A program made the position numbers and the translations under genes. Positions 26,792-35,402 of a stretch of DNA of 64,000 bases are shown here, one piece after another. Below the pieces are notes generated by a model. The model searched no databases. It had not been told where the DNA came from and worked only from the letters and a program-made list of their open reading frames with translations. Positions within the stretch are counted from its first letter, which is position 1. The number at the start of each line of letters is the position of its first letter. Source of the DNA: Marine Group II euryarchaeote MED-G34 (GTDB lineage Archaea; Thermoplasmatota; Poseidoniia; Poseidoniales; Thalassarchaeaceae); contig NTJT01000002.1 in the NCBI GenBank assembly GCA_002457605.1, forward strand, positions 10,850 through 74,849. Direction: 5' to 3'.

Positions 26792-26853
26792 TGCCTCACC
26801 TCGCTTTACGACGCAGCGCGATGGTGCACTCGGTGTTTGAAGCCATCGGGCTC

Positions 26854-27891
26854 TCAGGACTTCGCCCGACGCTCGCTGCGAACCATTGCAGCCACAGATA
26901 GAATAGCACCTATTCCGGCGCCCAGTAGCCCGAAACTGGCTGCGACTAGAACTATGAACATCAGGGCTAGGTAAAGCATGGAGACGAAGAAGGAGCGAGC
27001 GGCCGTCGGTATCCTTCCAGTGGGGTCGCGTTGCTCGCTGAGATCCACTCTCCAGACCGTGCTCGAGTACCAGATACTCAGTCCAATTGTCGTCAAGCCG
27101 AGGACTTGATAGATAGTATCGCTCTCATTTATGCCACCGTAACTCATTGGTGCAGCTGCCGATAAAATCACTAGAAGCACAGCGTATGCTTTCATCTCGC
27201 TAATCGTCCTCTCTGCTCCCTTGACGTTCGGCATCATCGGGATTCCCACATTCCCATACTCTTCGGAACGGTACAGTGCTAGCGCCCAGAAGTGAGGCGG
27301 AGTCCATAGGAAGATTAGCAGAAACATGAACCACGGCATCAGACTGCCTAGATCGAGGATTGACTCCAGCATAGCCCGGGCTGAGTCAGTAGCTACCGTG
27401 AGTTCGCCCTCGGCCGCTGCCCAGCCTATTACGGGCGGAGTCGAACCGGCGATACCGCCGATGACTATGTTCTGCGGGGTCGTACGCTTCAGCCATATAC
27501 TGTAGATGAAGACGTAGAACAAGATACTGAAAGCCGACCAGAATGCTGCCACTGAGTTAGCCAGTATCTCAAACCACACTACTCCGAGAAGTGACAGGCC
27601 GACCCCGAATCCCAGAGCGGCGTTGGCCGAGACCTCACCCGCAGGCACGGGACGACTCTTTGTACGCGTCATCAGCGGATCGATGTCCCTGTCATACCAC
27701 ATGTTGATCGCGTTGGCGCCTCCAGCGCTCAGGTATCCTCCAACGAATACTACCAGCATTGTCCGCACTGTGTTTGCATCTAATCCGCCACCGAGTTGGT
27801 CGTGCACAAGCACGGAGCACAACGCAGTAATCTGCAGAAGCACGACCACCCGTGGCTTTGTCAGGGTGAAGTATGGTCTCAGATTACTCAT
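26854..27891 (-). CDS. ctaB: Protoheme IX farnesyltransferase (heme O synthase)
   Basis: 345 aa UbiA-fold membrane protein. LTKPRVVVLL, NMWYDRDIDPLMTRTKSRPVP and PPHFWALAL motifs. Overlaps ctaA by 8 nt. Confidence 0.93.
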   Translation of the reverse strand: MSNLRPYFTLTKPRVVVLLQITALCSVLVHDQLGGGLDANTVRTMLVVFVGGYLSAGGANAINMWYDRDIDPLMTRTKSRPVPAGEVSANAALGFGVGLSLLGVVWFEILANSVAAFWSAFSILFYVFIYSIWLKRTTPQNIVIGGIAGSTPPVIGWAAAEGELTVATDSARAMLESILDLGSLMPWFMFLLIFLWTPPHFWALALYRSEEYGNVGIPMMPNVKGAERTISEMKAYAVLLVILSAAAPMSYGGINESDTIYQVLGLTTIGLSIWYSSTVWRVDLSEQRDPTGRIPTAARSFFVSMLYLALMFIVLVAASFGLLGAGIGAILSVAAMVRSERRAKS

Positions 27892-28924
27892 CGCCGGCCT
27901 CCGCTACAAGTGCCATCGTCGTCCCCATCCAAGCGGTAGATAGGACGATGAAAGAGAGTGAGGCTACAAGCAGATGGATTAGCGATAGATACTCGGTGTA
28001 ACCGTCGCTGATGTTCCATGACAGGATGTATAAGGCTCCGATGCTGATGTTTACCAGATACAGTACGGTAGACACCCAGAACCACTTACACAACACACTG
28101 TCTGATTCGAATTCCTTCCAGGCCAACCACGATGCCCCCAGTAGACTGACTGCGACTCCAGCTACAATCCATCTGTGGATAATCTGGGACTGCAGCACCC
28201 AGTCGTGAACCGATGAAATCAACTCTCCGTGGCACAATGGCCACGATTCAAACAAACCATTGACCCCGCAAGAGGTATTCGCTCCGTGGGTGGTTGAAAC
28301 GAAAGCGCCTGAGAACAGCGTGAACAGGATTCCTGTAGAAAGCCAGAACAACCAACTCCTCCACTTCTTTGAAGTCGGCCCGAAGTTTGCCCAATCAGGC
28401 AGTTTGCTATGGTCCCTTGATATCGCTAGCCAGAGCCAGATTAGGCTGAGCATGAATGCTAGAGCCGAGCCCAGATGCAGAGCGACACTCCAGTGTTCGT
28501 TGTCCATACTGACTGTCAGCCACCCCACAGCTCCCTGCCATACTATCAGGGCCACAGTAACGCTGGAGGCTAGATAAACCTCGGAACCGAGTCCCTCTTC
28601 ACGCCTGACAATCAGCCAATTGAGGAGAACCAGAGGCCCTAAAACGGCTCCTGCGAGCAGTCGGTGTGCCCACTCTGTAAAGATCTGAAAAGTTGTGTAA
28701 CGATGATCACTCCCCCTTGAGTCAACCTCGTCAGGATGTGCCTCGTACCATGCTCCTTGCTCGGCCTCCGAGACATCAAAGCCAATCGTGCCAAAGCAGG
28801 TCGGCCAGTCTGGACATGATTCTCCTGCATCGTAGATTCGAATCACGCCGCCAAGGGCGATGACAAGGAAGGTGACTATCACCAAAGCCCCAGTCAATCG
28901 CTTGGCCTGAATCTTGTCGAGCAA
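27884..28924 (-). CDS. ctaA: Heme A synthase (CtaA/COX15)
   Basis: 346 aa, multi-TM. N-terminal GGVIRIYDAGESCPDWPTCFG motif and conserved His in TM helices (WAHRLL, HRWIVA). Confidence 0.85.
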   Translation of the reverse strand: MLDKIQAKRLTGALVIVTFLVIALGGVIRIYDAGESCPDWPTCFGTIGFDVSEAEQGAWYEAHPDEVDSRGSDHRYTTFQIFTEWAHRLLAGAVLGPLVLLNWLIVRREEGLGSEVYLASSVTVALIVWQGAVGWLTVSMDNEHWSVALHLGSALAFMLSLIWLWLAISRDHSKLPDWANFGPTSKKWRSWLFWLSTGILFTLFSGAFVSTTHGANTSCGVNGLFESWPLCHGELISSVHDWVLQSQIIHRWIVAGVAVSLLGASWLAWKEFESDSVLCKWFWVSTVLYLVNISIGALYILSWNISDGYTEYLSLIHLLVASLSFIVLSTAWMGTTMALVAEAGDE

Positions 28925-28990
28925 CTAAAATCTCCCCTCTGAGAGAGCCTCGGTGTTCAAACAAATAGACTTGACCGAACCGATGCTAAC

Positions 28991-29245
28991 TCACTCTGCG
29001 TGAGGGTCTACGTCAATCGGTATACGGTGCTGCTCGTACTCCAGCATCGCTATCTTGTTGGGGTCTAGAACTACTCTCCACTGTGCCTCTTCGACACCAT
29101 ACAGCTGAATCAACTCGTCGCTGAAGTGTTGACGTAGTTCGTCCTCGGTTACGAAGAGAGGGGCTCCCATGCTAATCTGAAGCGCTCTCGCACCGATAAT
29201 CCTCGCCTTCTCGAAGCGTGTGTGGGGTCTTGCGGGCTCTACCAT
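28991..29245 (-). CDS. rpoK: DNA-directed RNA polymerase subunit K (Rpo6)
   Basis: 84 aa. [21 protein letters not shown] is the invariant Rpo6/omega core. There is an insertion before the C-terminal IPIDV segment. Confidence 0.9.
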   Translation of the reverse strand: MVEPARPHTRFEKARIIGARALQISMGAPLFVTEDELRQHFSDELIQLYGVEEAQWRVVLDPNKIAMLEYEQHRIPIDVDPHAE

Positions 29246-29292
29246 CGGCCGGGCGACCAGCGACCCCCAAATAAGGCCTATGACAAACTAGT

Positions 29293-29309
29293 CGCCCCCA
29301 CAGGGGGCG
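29293..29309. terminator. GC-rich hairpin (7-bp stem CGCCCCC/GGGGGCG, 3-nt loop) just downstream of the thiolase stop
   Basis: Read directly. Lies in the 74-nt spacer between the thiolase stop (29320) and the rpoK start (29245). Function not established. Confidence 0.25.
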
Positions 29310-29319
29310 TGTAATCCTC

Positions 29320-30480
29320 TCAATTGCACTCTACCATCATGGCAACGGCGTTGCCCCCGCCGAGGCATATTGTCACGATACCACGGCGCCCCCCGGTGCG
29401 CTCGAGGGCGTTCACCAAAGTCATCAGGCAGCGCGTACCGGTGGCTCCTAGCGGATGACCTATCGCCACCGCTCCTCCATGTGGATTGAAACGGCTCTCT
29501 GAAGCACCAAGAGTCATCTGAATGGCGCATGAGGCCGCTGCGAAGGCTTCGTTGTGCTCTAGGATGTCGATGTCCTCCATGCTCATCCCGGTTTGCTCGA
29601 GGAGTTTGTGAACAGTTGGGATGGGGGCTGACATCACTCGGTGCGACTCGACGCCCGAGGTAGCATAGCCGACAATACGCGCCAGTATGGGCAGACCATG
29701 CTGATTAGCAGCCTCCTCGGATGCAATCAACACTGCCGAGGCTCCGTCCGAGACCTGACTGGAGTTTCCCGCTGTAACCTGTCCACCTTCTGTGAAAACG
29801 GCTGATAGGCCACCCAGGGACTCCATAGTCGAGCCGCTGCGAATACCCTCGTCACGCTCTAGCCCACCGACGGCAAACACCTCTTTGTCCAACCAGCCTT
29901 CTACCCAAGCCTTGTTGGCCAGAGCGTGTGAACGCACGGCAAAAGCATCGGATTGCTCTCGTGTGATACCATTTTCATCAGCAATAGTCTCACCTGTGTT
30001 CCCCATTGACTCCCCTGTGTATGCGTCCTTCAGACCGTCGTGCACAAGCACTGATTCCAGCGAGGCATAGGAGATGTCGTCGCCGCGCCTAGCCCCTCTG
30101 ATGAAGTGAGGGGCGTTGCTCATTGACTCCATCCCTCCAGCCACTACGAGGCTTGAGACGCCAGCGCTGATTTCTGTAGCTGCTATCATAACAGCTTTGA
30201 GACTTGAACCGCAGACTTTGTTGATGGTTGTACAGGGAGTGCTGACTGGCAAGCCTGCATTGACTGCCACCTGTCTAGCAGGAGCTTGTCCGGCACCGGT
30301 TTGTAGGACGTGACCCATGTAGACCTGGTCGATGAGACCACTCGATGGATCGATGCCGACTCGTTGCAACAGCTCCTTCACAGCCAACGTGCCGAGTTCG
30401 GTGGCACTGAAACCGGACAGAGCACCACGGTGCTTGCCCACGGGGGTCCGGGCATAGGCGCAGATGACCGCTTGCGGCAT
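29320..30480 (-). CDS. Acetyl-CoA C-acetyltransferase (thiolase II, bacterial type)
   Basis: MPQAVICAYARTPVGK start, active-site NKVCGSSLKAV, and C-terminal GHPLGATGTR...CLGGGNAVAMMVE. ATG 30480 preferred; the longer ORF to 30573 overlaps the TDO gene. Confidence 0.93.
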   Translation of the reverse strand: MPQAVICAYARTPVGKHRGALSGFSATELGTLAVKELLQRVGIDPSSGLIDQVYMGHVLQTGAGQAPARQVAVNAGLPVSTPCTTINKVCGSSLKAVMIAATEISAGVSSLVVAGGMESMSNAPHFIRGARRGDDISYASLESVLVHDGLKDAYTGESMGNTGETIADENGITREQSDAFAVRSHALANKAWVEGWLDKEVFAVGGLERDEGIRSGSTMESLGGLSAVFTEGGQVTAGNSSQVSDGASAVLIASEEAANQHGLPILARIVGYATSGVESHRVMSAPIPTVHKLLEQTGMSMEDIDILEHNEAFAAASCAIQMTLGASESRFNPHGGAVAIGHPLGATGTRCLMTLVNALERTGGRRGIVTICLGGGNAVAMMVECN

Positions 30481-30538
30481 GACACGCTCGAGAGGCGAGC
30501 AAGCCTTCAATGGTCCGATTGACGAGTCGTGCCGACGA

Positions 30539-31618
30539 TTACGAATCAGCAGTGTAGCCATAGAACTCTGCATTCTTTAGGACAGGTCTCTTCTCTGGCT
30601 TGACTAGTATCGTTCTGACTCCCCACAGGTCTTTGAAAATGCGATACTGCGAGGTCGCATCGAGGTAGTCAACTCCACTGGTTCCTCCTGTGCCTATTCT
30701 CCTCCCCATGATACGCTCAACCATGCGTGCGTGGGAATGCCTCCACTTCACCATCGACTCCTCTAGTTCTACGATTGCGTCAATCAGAGTACGAGGCCAA
30801 GTCAGTAACGGAAGCTCGCGATAGGACTCGATGAACAGCAGACCAGCACGGGCTCGACTGATCTCGCCCTCTGGCATCAGGAAGGAAACCGCCCCATCAT
30901 GGGCGGCAGCCATCCTAGCCACCATCTTGCTCGGGTCACCTGCACCCCAGCCTGCTGACCTCTCGGCGGCCTCTTCACAGACAGCTCTGTGGGCCTCCAG
31001 ATGTGTCTCAATGTATGCTCTAACATTCTCCGCATCGCCCTCGCTACCGTATGAAGAGCCCATGATTGGGGTTCGTTCCACCCAGTTCATCATCGACTCG
31101 TAGAGAGATGGCTGTGACAACGCATCCTCTAGTCGTGCGAGCATAGCCGCACTGCGCTCGTCTCCCTCCGCCATTCTCCTGAAGCTGGAAAGTGGGTCCA
31201 TCCCACCTATTCTGTCTTCGTTATCGAGGCCGAGGAGAATTTCGAACTCGCGCATCTGAAACGACTCGAACCCTGAGGCCGATCCAAGACCGTCGCGGAA
31301 GGCGAGGAAGCCTTGCGGTGTAAGCGTCTCGAGTACAGTCCACTGGTTCGCCATCAACCGGAAGATTTCGGTGGTCCTGCCGAGATGGTCAACAGCTCGA
31401 GGAATGTCATCTTCTGGGACATGGTCACCGCCGAGGATGTTTCGGGCCTCAGACAACTCACGAATCACCTGCTTGAACCAAAGCTCGAAGGTTTGGTGTA
31501 CGATGATGAAGTGCATCTCGTCTGAGTTGATGCTCCGATCATCCCCCTGCAACTCCAGCAATTCATGTAATTGCAGGTAATCGGCATAGCTCCAGTTGCC
31601 CGAGCCTCCCTCTCCCAT
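30539..31618 (-). CDS. kynA: Tryptophan 2,3-dioxygenase
   Basis: 359 aa. YADYLQLHELLELQ and MHFIIVHQTFELWFKQVIRE are TDO hallmarks. Also GTGGTSGVDYL near the C-terminus. Confidence 0.9.
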   Translation of the reverse strand: MGEGGSGNWSYADYLQLHELLELQGDDRSINSDEMHFIIVHQTFELWFKQVIRELSEARNILGGDHVPEDDIPRAVDHLGRTTEIFRLMANQWTVLETLTPQGFLAFRDGLGSASGFESFQMREFEILLGLDNEDRIGGMDPLSSFRRMAEGDERSAAMLARLEDALSQPSLYESMMNWVERTPIMGSSYGSEGDAENVRAYIETHLEAHRAVCEEAAERSAGWGAGDPSKMVARMAAAHDGAVSFLMPEGEISRARAGLLFIESYRELPLLTWPRTLIDAIVELEESMVKWRHSHARMVERIMGRRIGTGGTSGVDYLDATSQYRIFKDLWGVRTILVKPEKRPVLKNAEFYGYTADS

Positions 31619-31697
31619 GCTCCTGCCTGATGGCCGCTGCTTGAAGCATTGTCGCAGAACCCGAATCTTCTAAACGCCCGAACAACGCCGTAATTCC

Positions 31698-32303
31698 ATG
31701 TCTGGAAGATGTGGAGGCCCTAGGTCCACCACCAATCATTCTCTACCTGCAACGGCACTTTTGGTTGAGGACGGCCTCGAACTTCACCAGACGTTGCCTG
31801 AAGAGTCTGAGGAGATTCTCACCGTTGTGGATGCTAATAGGGACCATCTTAGGGAGTGGCTTCCTTGGTTGGACTCCACTAAAACCGTAGAAGACGAGAC
31901 TTCGTTCATCAATGGTGCTCTAGAGGAATATGGCAAGGGAGAAGGAGTGATTTATTCCATCAGGAAGAATGGAGAATTCATTGGATGTATCGGACTAAAT
32001 TGGATAGATTACGATAATAGAGGATGTGGAGTGGGATATTGGTTGTCTAAAGAGCACACTAGACATGGCATAGCCACGCGTAGTTGCGTTCGTCTAATGG
32101 AGCACTGCTTCGACGACCTCGGACTCCATCGCTTTGTCCTCGAAGCAGCCACCGGAAACTTCGCCAGCCGCGCTATCGCTGAGCGATTAGGGATGCGACT
32201 CGAAGGCATCACCAAGGATAGGGAGTGGCTGTATGACCACTATGTCGACTCTGCCCTATACGCTATCACCGCGCCCGAATGGCAGTCTCGAGATCAAGAC
32301 TGA
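31698..32303 (+). CDS. GNAT N-acetyltransferase (RimJ/RimL-like)
   Basis: 201 aa. DHLREWLPW, GCIGLNWIDYDNRGCGVGYWLSKEHTRHGIAT and FASRAIAERLGMRLEG blocks. Confidence 0.85.
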   Translation: MSGRCGGPRSTTNHSLPATALLVEDGLELHQTLPEESEEILTVVDANRDHLREWLPWLDSTKTVEDETSFINGALEEYGKGEGVIYSIRKNGEFIGCIGLNWIDYDNRGCGVGYWLSKEHTRHGIATRSCVRLMEHCFDDLGLHRFVLEAATGNFASRAIAERLGMRLEGITKDREWLYDHYVDSALYAITAPEWQSRDQD

Positions 32304-34444
32304 ATCAAGCCGTGGTCCTCTATTGAGCAGTTACCGGGAGGTAGACAGGACAGTAGATCATCCTGAGTTAGTCCGGTTGCCTTGGAGATACGATTGGCCA
32401 CACTTTCCTTCTTCTCTCTCCCGGGAATCACCTTGCCCCATCTCTCGAAGTTTTCTGAGATTGTCGCAGGAGTGCCTGACACCGGCATCGGGACCCCATT
32501 CACCACTGCCATGCCGATAGCTAACTCCAGAGGTAGGTTGCGGTGCCAGTTGCGCTGCCCTCTTACGACGAAGGAACCCCTAGCTAATGACTCACCAGTT
32601 TCAGTGGTCTTTGAGACCTGGCTCGGCCTAGCATGGAAGGCGGTGGCCGCAGCGCCACCGCTTCCCCAGGCCCTCGACCAGCAGACCGCGACTTGAGCAG
32701 CCTCCAAATGCATCGATTCCGGCAATTCTCTTGCGTCTTCTATGCCTTCAGCCAGATTCTGGACTATCTGCAACGAAGCCACACCTTCTGGGATGGTCTC
32801 TGACGGGTTCTGGTTGGGTGCGAAGCCGTCATTGAGCTTGAGTGAGCACGATGGCGCTCCATGTAGATCGGCGTGGAAATAGAGATCATTGGAAGATAGA
32901 TGCTTTCGAACTACGACATCGTTCCCTTTCGCATCTTTCCCACCGATGAGCAGGTGACCGCCTGAAAGCATCGCCCAGCGATGCTTTTCAAACCAGAAGC
33001 GCTTGCTACGCTGCCTCGACCTAAGTCTGCCCGCAGCAGCGTCCTTGGCAGCACGTTTCTCGGCCTTCTCGTGAGCTTGCTTGGTATTGGCTAGAGCCGT
33101 TTGAGCGCCCTTGGCCTTGCTTTTCTGGGTACTGGCCTCCTCGAAGTAGCGCTGGGCATTCTGGTGCACAGTCTTGGAGACATAGAGGGTGATGCTAGCA
33201 CCGGGGTCTCCTTCCTCGTCTGGCAGATAGGCCACTATGGTCTGTTTCGCTGGGTCTGCGCTGTCTATCCAGGGCACGTCATAGATTCTGTCTCCGACGC
33301 TCTGCCAGCCATCCGAGTCGACAGCGTCGTTGAATTGGGTCAGCAGCGAATCCACGTGTTCCCAATTGCCTTGAATCGCCTTACCCAACTCCTGAGTAAT
33401 CGCAGCGCGTTCGTGGAACCTGTCTATGGCCGCGCTCTGTTGCGCTGCCCGCCGACCCAACTTCGCTTGCTTTTCCCCCGCGTCTTCTCCGGATTCAACT
33501 AAACGCTCCTCTTCCCGACGTATGAAAGCGGCAGCGTCGTGTGAGCCGAATACAGCGTCGTAAGCCAAGGATAGCGATGCGGCCCTCACCATTGTACTGC
33601 CGTCCGTATATGACAGGTCGATTGGGGCAATCTCAGTAATCCCGGATGAGGCAGTGTCTCGGTCGGCCTCATTATCGGCAGCCTCCCATGTCTGTCTGGC
33701 CTCGGAATCAATCATCCACATCATCGCCCCATCTCCTTCTGACAATTCAACTAGCATTGACTGTATGGCTTCCTCCAGAGCGTCACGCTGCTCTGAGTCG
33801 AGCGAGTTTGCACCCATTTTCTCATCAAGTCCAGCAATAGAGCATGCCGTGCTACCGTAGATTCTACCGAAATTTGCTCGGGCAGCTAGGGTACGGATTA
33901 GGTCGTGATTACTGCCATCTAGCAGATTATCAAGCGCTGACCTATCCATATTGCGTGGATCGACAGTCTCAGGAGGAGGAGCGTAGGCAACCCCCTTCTT
34001 CAGCGAGCGACTGGCATACTTGGCATGAGTGAGCGGTTGTATGATGACTCCATTGTCATCGAGCAATATCACGTTGCCATCGCGGAACAACTCGATGACG
34101 AGCTTAAGTCGTCCACCACCATGCTCAAAGGTCAACTCGATGACCCTGTCAAAGCCAAACTGCTCGACTGCTATCAGACGTGAATTGTTGAGATGCTTGC
34201 GCAGAACCATGGCGAACTGAGAAGGCTTCGAAGGCATCGGGCGGTCGCGCTGAGATGTGTAGACACGACGTCCTCTGACGATTACTAGATCAGTCGATGG
34301 CACCCCTTTCCGATTCAGACGCACGACAACCTGCTCATAGTGCGGTTGGTATGCCTTGCGTGCACGAGCTCCTATCAGTTCGGAAAGCTCACGCACGATG
34401 CGTGCGACATCGAAGGATGAGGACTGCTCGCGCATGCTGCTCAA
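32294..34444 (-). CDS. NFACT-family ribosome quality control protein (FbpA/RqcH/NEMF homologue)
   Basis: 716 aa. NFACT-N start (VARIVRELSELIGARARKAYQP...), central coiled coil, and NFACT-R block WFEKHRWAMLSGGHLLIGGKDAKGNDVVVRKHLSSNDLYFHADLHGAPSCSLK. Confidence 0.85.
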   Translation of the reverse strand: MSSMREQSSSFDVARIVRELSELIGARARKAYQPHYEQVVVRLNRKGVPSTDLVIVRGRRVYTSQRDRPMPSKPSQFAMVLRKHLNNSRLIAVEQFGFDRVIELTFEHGGGRLKLVIELFRDGNVILLDDNGVIIQPLTHAKYASRSLKKGVAYAPPPETVDPRNMDRSALDNLLDGSNHDLIRTLAARANFGRIYGSTACSIAGLDEKMGANSLDSEQRDALEEAIQSMLVELSEGDGAMMWMIDSEARQTWEAADNEADRDTASSGITEIAPIDLSYTDGSTMVRAASLSLAYDAVFGSHDAAAFIRREEERLVESGEDAGEKQAKLGRRAAQQSAAIDRFHERAAITQELGKAIQGNWEHVDSLLTQFNDAVDSDGWQSVGDRIYDVPWIDSADPAKQTIVAYLPDEEGDPGASITLYVSKTVHQNAQRYFEEASTQKSKAKGAQTALANTKQAHEKAEKRAAKDAAAGRLRSRQRSKRFWFEKHRWAMLSGGHLLIGGKDAKGNDVVVRKHLSSNDLYFHADLHGAPSCSLKLNDGFAPNQNPSETIPEGVASLQIVQNLAEGIEDARELPESMHLEAAQVAVCWSRAWGSGGAAATAFHARPSQVSKTTETGESLARGSFVVRGQRNWHRNLPLELAIGMAVVNGVPMPVSGTPATISENFERWGKVIPGREKKESVANRISKATGLTQDDLLSCLPPGNCSIEDHGLIQS

Positions 34445-34494
34445 CCCGCCCGGCTCAACTGCCCTTCATCAGGCAATCGCTTGGTCAAATCGGT

Positions 34495-35358
34495 CTAATT
34501 CCCGATAGATGACTGGAATTCTTCTATCTCAACTAGGACTCCAGCATCGTGTGCATATTGGTTACTTGGGACCTCTACCAGTACAGCATCTGGTATTCTT
34601 TCTACTATCCCGAGAACCTTGTCAATGTCGTGTAGGGTATCTGAGGAAGCAGTCATCACAGCGCAAGGAACGCGGATAGCCGATAGGTCATCGGGGAGTC
34701 GGTAGCGGATGTTTGCCCTCGCACTGAGGAGCATCCTCTGCAGGTCCTGTGCGAGCAGAGCCCTGCGATATCTGATTCGCTGACCCTCCTCTTTGGTCCT
34801 ACGGTCTACCAGCCAAACTGTGAATCGCATCAGAGAGGGGTGAACGAACCTAGGGATTGGCATTTTGAGCAGGATTCTTGCCCAGAGAGGGAACTCGAAG
34901 TCCGGATTTGGGGCGAGCAGTATCGAAGAGCGACCGCCAAGCACCCCTCCTTGGTATGCTTCGATTAGCAAAGTCGCCCCTAGGGACGACGAGAACCAGT
35001 CAACCTCATTCGAATCGATACCAAGTTTGTCTAGAACCGCGGCGACATCGTGACCGTGATGCCGCATCTCGAAGTCCTCGCGCCTCACCTTCCTAGTAAT
35101 CCGGGAACTCTTCTTCTCGCGCGTCTCGATGTAGACAATAGGACGGCGAGAAACCCACTCGGTCAGAAGCGGTCGCCAACCCTCGAAGACAGAGCCCCAG
35201 CCAGGGACGACCACAGCAGGATCCAAAGAGGCTGCAGATGAATCAGTAGGAACCCACCGTAGTACCCTTACCGAAATACTCGGAGCGACTTCAACAAAAA
35301 GCTCCTCAGCATTGGCCCCGGGGAGATGAGGCGCACCGCTCCACATTTCTTCCATCAA
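34495..35358 (-). CDS. Alpha/beta-fold hydrolase
   Basis: 287 aa. Nucleophile-elbow-like FSSSLG and overall alpha/beta hydrolase spacing, with late D and H (SSDTLHD, QYAHDAG). Confidence 0.7.
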   Translation of the reverse strand: MMEEMWSGAPHLPGANAEELFVEVAPSISVRVLRWVPTDSSAASLDPAVVVPGWGSVFEGWRPLLTEWVSRRPIVYIETREKKSSRITRKVRREDFEMRHHGHDVAAVLDKLGIDSNEVDWFSSSLGATLLIEAYQGGVLGGRSSILLAPNPDFEFPLWARILLKMPIPRFVHPSLMRFTVWLVDRRTKEEGQRIRYRRALLAQDLQRMLLSARANIRYRLPDDLSAIRVPCAVMTASSDTLHDIDKVLGIVERIPDAVLVEVPSNQYAHDAGVLVEIEEFQSSIGN

Positions 35359-35402
35359 ATTGACCTAGAGAGATAGGTGGATTTCATCCTTGGGTCGAGC
35401 AA

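Noticed and set aside
29288-29530. 80-aa minus-strand ORF overlapping the thiolase 3' end
   Set aside because: It is an alternative frame of a well-supported thiolase gene and extends across the intergenic hairpin. Arg/Gly/Ser-rich with no motifs.
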